A DNA stretch of 64,000 bases, taken from assembly GCF_018350175.1 (NCBI RefSeq), contig NC_058369.1, forward strand, positions 6,698,001 to 6,762,000, in the 5' to 3' direction. This document shows, in pieces, positions 38,301 to 50,300 of this stretch (the stretch's first letter is position 1; every line of letters starts with the position of its first letter). A model generated the notes under the pieces. That model searched no databases. It saw only the letters and a list, made by a program, of their open reading frames with translations, and had not been told where the DNA came from. This stretch comes from Felis catus (lineage: Eukaryota). Made by a program: the position numbers and the translations under genes.

Positions 38301-41300
38301 GGACTACTGGCTGGCAGTGTGGGGGACACTGAAGAAGTCAAGGACATAACTTGTAAAGAAGGCAGCAGGGAAGATGGAGAGCTGATGTCCTGCTCAGAGG
38401 AAGGGCTGGCAGGTGACTCATCTTCAGAAACTCTGTCCCCGCCAGTGGTCATCTCTGAGTGTGGAGAACCTTGAGTCACGGCTGAGTGTGTCTGTGCCCC
38501 CGATGCTGTGTCTGATGTGTCCCAGGCTAGTGTGCCTTGGGATGAAGTCCCTGGGGGACCAGTTTCAGTGGCCATGGTTATAGGTTCAGATTCTGCCTTG
38601 ACAGGGGAGGTAGAGAGCCTGGTGTTGATTTCTGTGAGGATGTCTGGTGACATTGTGAGCTGAACAGGGCCAGGGGTGGATGTCCTGCTAGAGAACATGA
38701 CGTCTGTCCGGGAGGCCCCAGCACTAGACTCAGTGGAGACCTTGGAAGAGATGCTCATGTCCTCTGTGGCTGAGATAGTATGGGGGAATGTGCCAGGTTC
38801 CTGTGGTTCCGGGGCCATGGACGACTGTGACTGTGTCTCAGGCTCCGTGGTTCCAGAGAGGCCAGCCGTTGGTGTGGAAGCTGTGGCATCCCGATCGAGG
38901 GAGGACGTCTTGATCGGAGACATTCCTGTGGCTATCTCTGAGCCAGCTGGGGCCGAGGAGCGGGATTCCCATGTGGAACTGAGGGTCCCCTTGTGGGTCA
39001 CTGCTGTGTTTTCAGAAGGGTGAATAGCTTCCGTAGTGGTAGAGACTTCAGATGGGGTCCATACATCGACTGAGGTTTGACTGAGACCTGAGGGTGAACT
39101 AGTTACACCTTCTGAGCTCGTACCCCATGTGATGTGGGTCCTCGGCAGGCCAGCGGTGAGAGGTGAGGTGACAGAGTCAGAAGGAAAAGGACTACTGGCT
39201 GGCAGAGTGGAGGACACTGCAGAGGACGAGGTCATGGCATGTAAAGGCACCAAGGAAGATGGAGAGCTGACGTCCTGCTCAGAAGAAGGGCTTGAGAGTG
39301 ACACACCCTCAGATCGCCTGCCCATGCTAGTGCTCACGTCTGAAGGTGGAGAACCCTGAGTCACAGCCGAGAGCGTATGAGGCTCCAAGGCTGTCGCTAA
39401 TGTGCCCCAGGCTAGCATGCCCTGGGATATAGCTTCCGGGGGAATGGTTTCACTGGCCTTGGCTATAGGTGAAGATTCCGCCATGACTGGTGAGGCAGAG
39501 AGCCTGGTGTTGATTCCCATGGGGATGCCTGGTGACACTGTGGCCCGAGTAGGGACAGGGATGGAAGTTCCACTCCGGGAGATGAACACTGTCCTGGAGA
39601 CCCCAGACCTAGTACCAGTGGACACCTCGAAAGGGACAGTAATTTCCTCTGTAGCTGAGGTGGTGTGCTGGGATGTGATGCTTTCCTGTGGTTGCGGGGC
39701 CAGGGAGGACTTTGGCTGTGTCTGAGGCTCTGTGGTTCCAGAGGAGCCAGGCATTGGTGTGACAGCCATTGTGGTCCCACCAGTGGGGGAGGTCTCAATC
39801 GGAGATGTGCCAGTGGCTGTCTCTGAGACAGCTGGGGCTGAGGAGTGGGCTTCCCATGCAGTACTGAGGGTCCCCATGTGGGTCACTGCTGTGGTTTTGG
39901 GAGGGTGAATGGCCTCTGTAGTGGAGGAGGCTTCAGATGTGGCCTGGGTCTCCACTGAGATGCTGCTCGGGCCTGAGTCTGAACTGGTCACGCTTTCCGA
40001 GCTCATGCCCCATGTCCTCAAGAGGCTGAGGGTGAGAGGTGAGGTGACAGAAGCAGGAGGAGAAGGGCTAGTGGCTGGTAATGTGGGGGACACTGCAGAG
40101 GCTGAGGTCATGGCATGGAAAGGCTCCAGGGAAGACGGAGACCTGATGTCCTGCTCAGTGGAAGGGCTTCTGCGTGACATATCCTCAGAAACCCTGTCCA
40201 CGCTAGTAGTCCCATCTGAGTGTGGAGAACTCTGAGTCACAACCGAGTGCATCTCTGTCCACGAAGCTGTGGCTGATGAGTCCCAGGCTATACTGCCTTG
40301 GGATGTAGTCGGTCGGGGAACTGTTTTGGTGGTGTTGGATAGGGGTGAGGATTCTGCGATGACAGGTGAGATAGAGAGCTTGTTGTTGATACCCGTGGGG
40401 ATGTCTGGTGACAACGTTGGCCGACCAGGTCCAGGGATGGATGTCCTGCTAGGGGAGATGACAGCTGTCCTAGAGGCCTCAGCACTATTACCAGTGGACA
40501 GCTCAGAGAGGACGGTGATTTCCTCTGGGGCTGAGCTGGTATGTCGGGATGTTCCAGTTTCCCGTGGTTCTGGGGCCTGGGATGACATTGACTGTGCCTT
40601 TATCTCCGTGGTTGCAGACAGGTCAGGCATTGGAGTGGAAACCATGGCGTCCCCATCGAGGGAGGAGGTCTTGACTAGAGATGTGCCTGTGGCTGATTCT
40701 GAGCCAGCCGGGGCCGAGGAGTGGGATTCCCTTGAGGTACCGAGGGTCCCCACCTGGGACACTGCTGTGTTTTCAGAAGGGGGCATTGTATTTGTGGTGG
40801 TAGAGGCTTCAGGCGTGGCCCATATCTCCACTGAGGTCTGACTCAGGCCTGAGGGTGAACTGTTCACACCTTCCGAGCTCGTACCCCATGTGATGTGGGT
40901 CCTCGGCAGGCCAGCGGTGAGAGGTGAGGTGACAGAGTCAGAAGGAAAAGGACTACTGGCTGGCAGTGTGGGGGACACTGAAGAAGTCAAGGACATAACT
41001 TGTAAAGAAGGCAGCAGGGAAGATGGAGAGCTGATGTCCTGCTCAGAGGAAGGGCTGGCAGGTGACTCATCTTCAGAAACTCTGTCCCCGCCAGTGGTCA
41101 TCTCTGAGTGTGGAGAACCTTGAGTCACGGCTGAGTGTGTCTGTGCCCCCGATGCTGTGTCTGATGTGTCCCAGGCTAGTGTGCCTTGGGATGAAGTCCC
41201 TGGGGGACCAGTTTCAGTGGCCATGGTTATAGGTTCAGATTCTGCCTTGACAGGGGAGGTAGAGAGCCTGGTGTTGATTTCTGTGAGGATGTCTGGTGAC

Positions 41301-44300
41301 ATTGTGAGCTGAACAGGGCCAGGGGTGGATGTCCTGCTAGAGAACATGACGTCTGTCCGGGAGGCCCCAGCACTAGACTCAGTGGAGACCTTGGAAGAGA
41401 TGCTCATGTCCTCTGTGGCTGAGATAGTATGGGGGAATGTGCCAGGTTCCTGTGGTTCCGGGGCCATGGACGACTGTGACTGTGTCTCAGGCTCCGTGGT
41501 TCCAGAGAGGCCAGCCGTTGGTGTGGAAGCTGTGGCATCCCGATCGAGGGAGGACGTCTTGATCGGAGACATTCCTGTGGCTATCTCTGAGCCAGCTGGG
41601 GCCGAGGAGCGGGATTCCCATGTGGAACTGAGGGTCCCCTTGTGGGTCACTGCTGTGTTTTCAGAAGGGTGAATAGCTTCCGTAGTGGTAGAGACTTCAG
41701 ATGGGGTCCATACATCGACTGAGGTTTGACTGAGACCTGAGGGTGAACTAGTTACACCTTCTGAGCTCGTACCCCATGTGATGTGGGTCCTCGGCAGGCC
41801 AGCGGTGAGAGGTGAGGTGACAGAGTCAGAAGGAAAAGGACTACTGGCTGGCAGAGTGGAGGACACTGCAGAGGACGAGGTCATGGCATGTAAAGGCACC
41901 AAGGAAGATGGAGAGCTGACGTCCTGCTCAGAAGAAGGGCTTGAGAGTGACACACCCTCAGATCGCCTGCCCATGCTAGTGCTCACGTCTGAAGGTGGAG
42001 AACCCTGAGTCACAGCCGAGAGCGTATGAGGCTCCAAGGCTGTCGCTAATGTGCCCCAGGCTAGCATGCCCTGGGATATAGCTTCCGGGGGAATGGTTTC
42101 ACTGGCCTTGGCTATAGGTGAAGATTCCGCCATGACTGGTGAGGCAGAGAGCCTGGTGTTGATTCCCATGGGGATGCCTGGTGACACTGTGGCCCGAGTA
42201 GGGACAGGGATGGAAGTTCCACTCCGGGAGATGAACACTGTCCTGGAGACCCCAGACCTAGTACCAGTGGACACCTCGGAAGGGACAGTAATTTCCTCTG
42301 TAGCTGAGGTGGTGTGCTGGGATGTGATGCTTTCCTGTGGTTGCGGGGCCAGGGAGGACTTTGGCTGTGTCTGAGGCTCCGTGGTTCCAGAGGAGCCAGG
42401 CATTGGTGTGACAGCCATTGTGGTCCCACCAGTGGGGGAGGTCTCAATCGGAGATGTGCCAGTGGCTGTCTCTGAGACAGCTGGGGCTGAGGAGTGGGCT
42501 TCCCATGCAGTACTGAGGGTCCCCATGTGGGTCACTGCTGTGGTTTTGGGAGGGTGAATGGCCTCTGTAGTGGAGGAGGCTTCAGATGTGGCCTGGGTCT
42601 CCACTGAGATGCTGCTCGGGCCTGAGTCTGAACTGGTCACGCTTTCCGAGCTCATGCCCCATGTCCTCAAGAGGCTGAGGGTGAGAGGTGAGGTGACAGA
42701 AGCAGGAGGAGAAGGGCTAGTGGCTGGTAATGTGGGGGACACTGCAGAGGCTGAGGTCATGGCATGGAAAGGCTCCAGGGAAGATGGAGACCTGATGTCC
42801 TGCTCAGTGGAAGGGCTTCTGCGTGACATATCCTCAGAAACCCTGTCCACGCTAGTAGTCCCATCTGAGTGTGGAGAACTCTGAGTCACAACCGAGTGCA
42901 TCTCTGTCCACGAAGCTGTGGCTGATGAGTCCCAGGCTATACTGCCTTGGGATGTAGTCGGTTGGGGAACTGTTTTGGTGGCGATGGATATGGGTGAGGA
43001 TTCTGCGATGACAGGTGAGATAGAGATCCTGTTGTTGATACCCGTGGGGATGTCTGGTGACAACGTTGGCCGACCAGGTCCAGGGATGGATGTCCTGCTA
43101 GGGGAGATGACAGCTGTCCTAGAGGCCTCAGCACTATTACCAGTGGACAGCTGAGAAAGGACGGTGATTTCCTCTGGGGCTGAGCTGGTATGGGGGGATG
43201 TTCCAGTTTCCCGTGGTTCTGGGGCCTGGGATGACATTGACTGTGCCTTTATCTCCGTGGTTGCAGACAGGTCAGGAATTGGAGTGGAAGCCTTGATGTC
43301 TCCATCGAGGGAGGAGGTCTTGACTAGAGATGTGCCTGTGGCTGATTCTGAGCCAGCCGGGGCCGAGGAGTGGGATTCCCTTGAGGTACCGAGGGTCCCC
43401 ACCTGGGACACTGCTGTGTTTTCAGAAGGGGGCATTGTATTTGTAGTGGTAGAGGCTTCAGGCGTAGCCCATATCTCCACTGAGGTCTGACTCAGGCCTG
43501 AGGGTGAACTGTTCACACCTTCCGAGCTCGTACCCCATGTGATGTGGGTCCTCGGCAGGCCAGCGGTGAGAGGTGAGGTGACAGAGTCAGAAGGAAAAGG
43601 ACTACTGGCTGGCAGTGTGGGGGACACTGAAGAAGTCAAGGACATAACTTGTAAAGAAGGCAGCAGGGAAGATGGAGAGCTGATGTCCTGCTCAGAGGAA
43701 GGGCTGGCAGGTGACTCATCTTCAGAAACTCTGTCCCCGCCAGTGGTCATCTCTGAGTGTGGAGAACCTTGAGTCACGGCTGAGTGTGTCTGTGCCCCCG
43801 ATGCTGTGTCTGATGTGTCCCAGGCTAGTGTGCCTTGGGATGAAGTCCCTGGGGGACCAGTTTCAGTGGCCATGGTTATAGGTTCAGATTCTGCCTTGAC
43901 AGGGGAGGTAGAGAGCCTGGTGTTGATTTCTGTGAGGATGTCTGGTGACATTGTGAGCTGAACAGGGCCAGGGGTGGATGTCCTGCTAGAGAACATGACG
44001 TCTGTCCGGGAGGCCCCAGCACTAGACTCAGTGGAGACCTTGGAAGAGATGCTCATGTCCTCTGTGGCTGAGATAGTATGGGGGAATGTGCCAGGTTCCT
44101 GTGGTTCCGGGGCCATGGACGACTGTGACTGTGTCTCAGGCTCCGTGGTTCCAGAGAGGCCAGCCGTTGGTGTGGAAGCTGTGGCATCCCGATCGAGGGA
44201 GGACGTCTTGATCGGAGACATTCCTGTGGCTATCTCTGAGCCAGCTGGGGCCGAGGAGCGGGATTCCCATGTGGAACTGAGGGTCCCCTTGTGGGTCACT

Positions 44301-47300
44301 GCTGTGTTTTCAGAAGGGTGAATAGCTTCCGTAGTGGTAGAGACTTCAGATGGGGTCCATACATCGACTGAGGTTTGACTGAGACCTGAGGGTGAACTAG
44401 TTACACCTTCTGAGCTCGTACCCCATGTGATGTGGGTCCTCGGCAGGCCAGCGGTGAGAGGTGAGGTGACAGAGTCAGAAGGAAAAGGACTACTGGCTGG
44501 CAGAGTGGAGGACACTGCAGAGGACGAGGTCATGGCATGTAAAGGCACCAAGGAAGATGGAGAGCTGACGTCCTGCTCAGAAGAAGGGCTTGAGAGTGAC
44601 ACACCCTCAGATCGCCTGCCCATGCTAGTGCTCACGTCTGAAGGTGGAGAACCCTGAGTCACAGCCGAGAGCGTATGAGGCTCCAAGGCTGTCGCTAATG
44701 TGCCCCAGGCTAGCATGCCCTGGGATATAGCTTCCGGGGGAATGGTTTCACTGGCCTTGGCTATAGGTGAAGATTCCGCCATGACTGGTGAGGCAGAGAG
44801 CCTGGTGTTGATTCCCATGGGGATGCCTGGTGACACTGTGGCCCGAGTAGGGACAGGGATGGAAGTTCCACTCCGGGAGATGAACACTGTCCTGGAGACC
44901 CCAGACCTAGTACCAGTGGACACCTCGAAAGGGACAGTAATTTCCTCTGTAGCTGAGGTGGTGTGCTGGGATGTGATGCTTTCCTGTGGTTGCGGGGCCA
45001 GGGAGGACTTTGGCTGTGTCTGAGGCTCTGTGGTTCCAGAGGAGCCAGGCATTGGTGTGACAGCCATTGTGGTCCCACCAGTGGGGGAGGTCTCAATCGG
45101 AGATGTGCCAGTGGCTGTCTCTGAGACAGCTGGGGCTGAGGAGTGGGCTTCCCATGCAGTACTGAGGGTCCCCATGTGGGTCACTGCTGTGGTTTTGGGA
45201 GGGTGAATGGCCTCTGTAGTGGAGGAGGCTTCAGATGTGGCCTGGGTCTCCACTGAGATGCTGCTCGGGCCTGAGTCTGAACTGGTCACGCTTTCCGAGC
45301 TCATGCCCCATGTCCTCAAGAGGCTGAGGGTGAGAGGTGAGGTGACAGAAGCAGGAGGAGAAGGGCTAGTGGCTGGTAATGTGGGGGACACTGCAGAGGC
45401 TGAGGTCATGGCATGGAAAGGCTCCAGGGAAGACGGAGACCTGATGTCCTGCTCAGTGGAAGGGCTTCTGCGTGACATATCCTCAGAAACCCTGTCCACG
45501 CTAGTAGTCCCATCTGAGTGTGGAGAACTCTGAGTCACAACCGAGTGCATCTCTGTCCACGAAGCTGTGGCTGATGAGTCCCAGGCTATACTGCCTTGGG
45601 ATGTAGTCGGTCGGGGAACTGTTTTGGTGGTGTTGGATAGGGGTGAGGATTCTGCGATGACAGGTGAGATAGAGAGCTTGTTGTTGATACCCGTGGGGAT
45701 GTCTGGTGACAACGTTGGCCGACCAGGTCCAGGGATGGATGTCCTGCTAGGGGAGATGACAGCTGTCCTAGAGGCCTCAGCACTATTACCAGTGGACAGC
45801 TCAGAGAGGACGGTGATTTCCTCTGGGGCTGAGCTGGTATGTCGGGATGTTCCAGTTTCCCGTGGTTCTGGGGCCTGGGATGACATTGACTGTGCCTTTA
45901 TCTCCGTGGTTGCAGACAGGTCAGGCATTGGAGTGGAAACCATGGCGTCCCCATCGAGGGAGGAGGTCTTGACTAGAGATGTGCCTGTGGCTGATTCTGA
46001 GCCAGCCGGGGCCGAGGAGTGGGATTCCCTTGAGGTACCGAGGGTCCCCACCTGGGACACTGCTGTGTTTTCAGAAGGGGGCATTGTATTTGTGGTGGTA
46101 GAGGCTTCAGGCGTGGCCCATATCTCCACTGAGGTCTGACTCAGGCCTGAGGGTGAACTGTTCACACCTTCCGAGCTCGTACCCCATGTGATGTGGGTCC
46201 TCGGCAGGCCAGCGGTGAGAGGTGAGGTGACAGAGTCAGAAGGAAAAGGACTACTGGCTGGCAGTGTGGGGGACACTGAAGAAGTCAAGGACATAACTTG
46301 TAAAGAAGGCAGCAGGGAAGATGGAGAGCTGATGTCCTGCTCAGAGGAAGGGCTGGCAGGTGACTCATCTTCAGAAACTCTGTCCCCGCCAGTGGTCATC
46401 TCTGAGTGTGGAGAACCTTGAGTCACGGCTGAGTGTGTCTGTGCCCCCGATGCTGTGTCTGATGTGTCCCAGGCTAGTGTGCCTTGGGATGAAGTCCCTG
46501 GGGGACCAGTTTCAGTGGCCATGGTTATAGGTTCAGATTCTGCCTTGACAGGGGAGGTAGAGAGCCTGGTGTTGATTTCTGTGAGGATGTCTGGTGACAT
46601 TGTGAGCTGAACAGGGCCAGGGGTGGATGTCCTGCTAGAGAACATGACGTCTGTCCGGGAGGCCCCAGCACTAGACTCAGTGGAGACCTTGGAAGAGATG
46701 CTCATGTCCTCTGTGGCTGAGATAGTATGGGGGAATGTGCCAGGTTCCTGTGGTTCCGGGGCCATGGACGACTGTGACTGTGTCTCAGGCTCCGTGGTTC
46801 CAGAGAGGCCAGCCGTTGGTGTGGAAGCTGTGGCATCCCGATCGAGGGAGGACGTCTTGATCGGAGACATTCCTGTGGCTATCTCTGAGCCAGCTGGGGC
46901 CGAGGAGCGGGATTCCCATGTGGAACTGAGGGTCCCCTTGTGGGTCACTGCTGTGTTTTCAGAAGGGTGAATAGCTTCCGTAGTGGTAGAGACTTCAGAT
47001 GGGGTCCATACATCGACTGAGGTTTGACTGAGACCTGAGGGTGAACTAGTTACACCTTCTGAGCTCATACCCCATGTGATGTGGGTCCTCGGCAGGCCAG
47101 CGGTGAGAGGTGAGGTGACAGAGTCAGAAGGAAAAGGACTACTGGCTGGCAGAGTGGAGGACACTGCAGAGGACGAGGTCATGGCATGTACAGGCACCAA
47201 GGAAGATGGAGAGCTGGCATCCTGCTCAGAAGAAGGGCTTGAGAGTGACACACCCTCAGATCGCCTGCCCATGCTAGTGCTCACGTCTGAAGGTGGAGAA

Positions 47301-50300
47301 CCCTGAGTCACAGCCGAGAGCGTATGAGGCTCCAAGGCTGTCGCTAATGTGCCCCAGGCTAGCATGCCCTGGGATATAGCTTCCGGGGGAATGGTTTCAC
47401 TGGCCTTGGCTATAGGTGAAGATTCTGCCATGACTGGTGAGGCAGAGAGCCTGGTGTTGATTCCCATGGGGATGCCTGGTGACACTGTGGCCCGAGTAGG
47501 GACAGGGATGGAAGTTCCACTCCGGGAGATGAACACTGTCCTGGAGACCCCAGACCTAGTACCAGTGGACACCTCGGAAGGGACAGTAATTTCCTCTGTA
47601 GCTGAGGTGGTGTGCTGGGATGTGATGCTTTCCTGTGGTTGCGGGGCCAGGGAGGACTTTGGCTGTGTCTGAGGCTCCGTGGTTCCAGAGGAGCCAGGCA
47701 TTGGTGTGACAGCCATTGTGGTCCCACCAGTGGGGGAGGTCTCAATCGGAGATGTGCCAGTGGCTGTCTCTGAGACAGCTGGGGCTGAGGAGTGGGCTTC
47801 CCATGCAGTACTGAGGGTCCCCATGTGGGTCACTGCTGTGGTTTTGGGAGGGTGAATGGCCTCTGTAGTGGAGGAGGCTTCAGATGTGGCCTGGGTCTCC
47901 ACTGAGATGCTGCTCGGGCCTGAGTCTGAACTGGTCACGCTTTCCGAGCTCATGCCCCATGTCCTCAAGAGGCTGAGGGTGAGAGGTGAGGTGACAGAAG
48001 CAGGAGGAGAAGGGCTAGTGGCTGGTAATGTGGGGGACACTGCAGAGGCTGAGGTCATGGCATGGAAAGGCTCCAGGGAAGATGGAGACCTGATGTCCTG
48101 CTCAGTGGAAGGGCTTCTGCGTGACATATCCTCAGAAACCCTGTCCACGCTAGTAGTCCCATCTGAGTGTGGAGAACTCTGAGTCGCAACCGAGTGCATC
48201 TCTGTCCACGAAGCTGTGGCTGATGAGTCCCAGGCTATACTGCCTTGGGATGTAGTCGGTCGGGGAACTGTTTTGGTGGCGATGGATATGGGTGAGGATT
48301 CTGCGATGACAGGTGAGATAGAGAGCCTGTTGTTGATACCCGTGGGGATGTCTGGTGACAACGTTGGCCGACCAGGTCCAGGGATGGATGTCCTGCTAGG
48401 GGAGATGACAGCTGTCCTAGAGGCCTCAGCACTATTACCAGTGGACAGCTCAGAGAGGACGGTGATTTCCTCTGGGGCTGAGCTGGTATGTCGGGATGTT
48501 CCAGTTTCCCGTGGTTCTGGGGCCTGGGATGACATTGACTGTGCCTTTATCTCCGTGGTTGCAGACAGGTCAGGCATTGGAGTGGAAACCATGGCGTCCC
48601 CATCGAGGGAGGAGGTCTTGACTAGAGATGTGCCTGTGGCTGATTCTGAGCCAGCCGGGGCCGAGGAGTGGGATTCCCTTGAGGTACCGAGGGTCCCCAC
48701 CTGGGACACTGCTGTGTTTTCAGAAGGGGGCATTGTATTTGTGGTGGTAGAGGCTTCAGCCGTGGCCCATATCTCCACTGAGGTCTGACTCAGGCCTGAG
48801 GGTGAACTGTTCACACCTTCCGAGCTCGTACCCCATGTGATGTGGGTCCTCGGCAGGCCAGCGGTGAGAGGTGAGGTGACAGAGTCAGAAGGAAAAGGAC
48901 TACTGGCTGGCAGTGTGGGGGACACTGAAGAAGTCAAGGACATAACTTGTAAAGAAGGCAGCAGGGAAGATGGAGAGCTGATGTCCTGCTCAGAGGAAGG
49001 GCTGGCAGGTGACTCATCTTCAGAAACTCTGTCCCCGCTAGTGGTCATCTCTGAGTGTGGAGAACCTTGAGTCACGGCTGAGTGTGTCTGTGCCCCCGAT
49101 GCTGTGTCTGATGTGTCCCAGGCTAGTGTGCCTTGGGATGAAGTCCCTGGGGGACCAGTTTCAGTGGCCATGGTTATAGGTTCAGATTCTGCCTTGACAG
49201 GGGAGGTAGAGAGCCTGGTGTTGATTTCTGTGAGGATGTCTGGTGACATTGTGAGCTGAACAGGGCCAGGGGTGGATGTCTTGCTAGAGAACATGACGTC
49301 TGTCCTGGAGGCCCCAGCACTAGACTCAGTGGAGACCTTGGAAGAGATGCTCATGTGCTCTGTGGCTGAGATAGTATGGGGGAATGTGCCAGTTTCCTCT
49401 GGTTCCGGGGCCATGGATGACTGTGACTGTGTCTCAGGCTCCGTGGTTCCAGAGAGGCCAGCCGTTGTTGTGGAAGCTGTGGCATCCCCATCGAGGGAGG
49501 ACGTCTTGATTGGAGACATTCCTGTGGCTATCTCTGAGCCAGCTGGGGCCGAGGAGCGGGGTTCCCATGTGGAACTGAGGGTCCCCTTGTGGGTCACTGC
49601 TGTGTTTTCAGAAGGGTGAATAGCTTCTATCGTGGTAGAGACTTCAGATGGGGTCCATACATCGACTGAGGTTTGACTGAGACCTGAGGGTGAACTAGTT
49701 ACACCTTCTGAGCTCGTACCCCATGTGATGTGGGTCCTTGGCAGGCCACCGGTTAGAGGTGAGGTGACAGGTGCAAGAGGAGGAGGATTACTTGTTGGTA
49801 GTGTTGGGGACACTGTAGAGGATGAGGTCATGGAAGATAAAGGCACCAGGGAAGATGGAGAGCTGATGTCCTGCTCAGAGGAAGGGCTTGGGTGTGACAC
49901 ATCCTCTGAATGTCTGTCCATGCTAGTGGTCATCTCTGAGTGTCTAGAACCCTGAGTTGCAGCCGAGTGCATCTGTGCCCTTGATGCTATGGCTGAGGTA
50001 TCCAAGGCTAGTTTGCCCTCAGATGTAGTCCTAGTAGTACTATTCTGTTCACTCATGGTTAGTTTTTCACCATTTGTCACAATTTTCATTATACGGCCCC
50101 TGGTGGTATCTGATGACCTCATGGACTGAGGAAGTGTTGGGGTAGATATTTTGTCATTGGTGTATTTCTCTGTTCTTCTCTCTTCATTTGTAGGAGTGTA
50201 ACTTAGCGAAGGGGCTATACCTGTTTCCGTTGTAAAGAATGGTATGTATGAGGTAGTTGGTCTGATCATGTTCATTACATTGAATTTTTGAGTTGTGTCC

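Noticed and set aside
35912..49745. Long tandem array as a CRISPR or satellite locus
   Set aside because: No repeat-spacer structure; units are in-frame coding repeats of a eukaryotic exon
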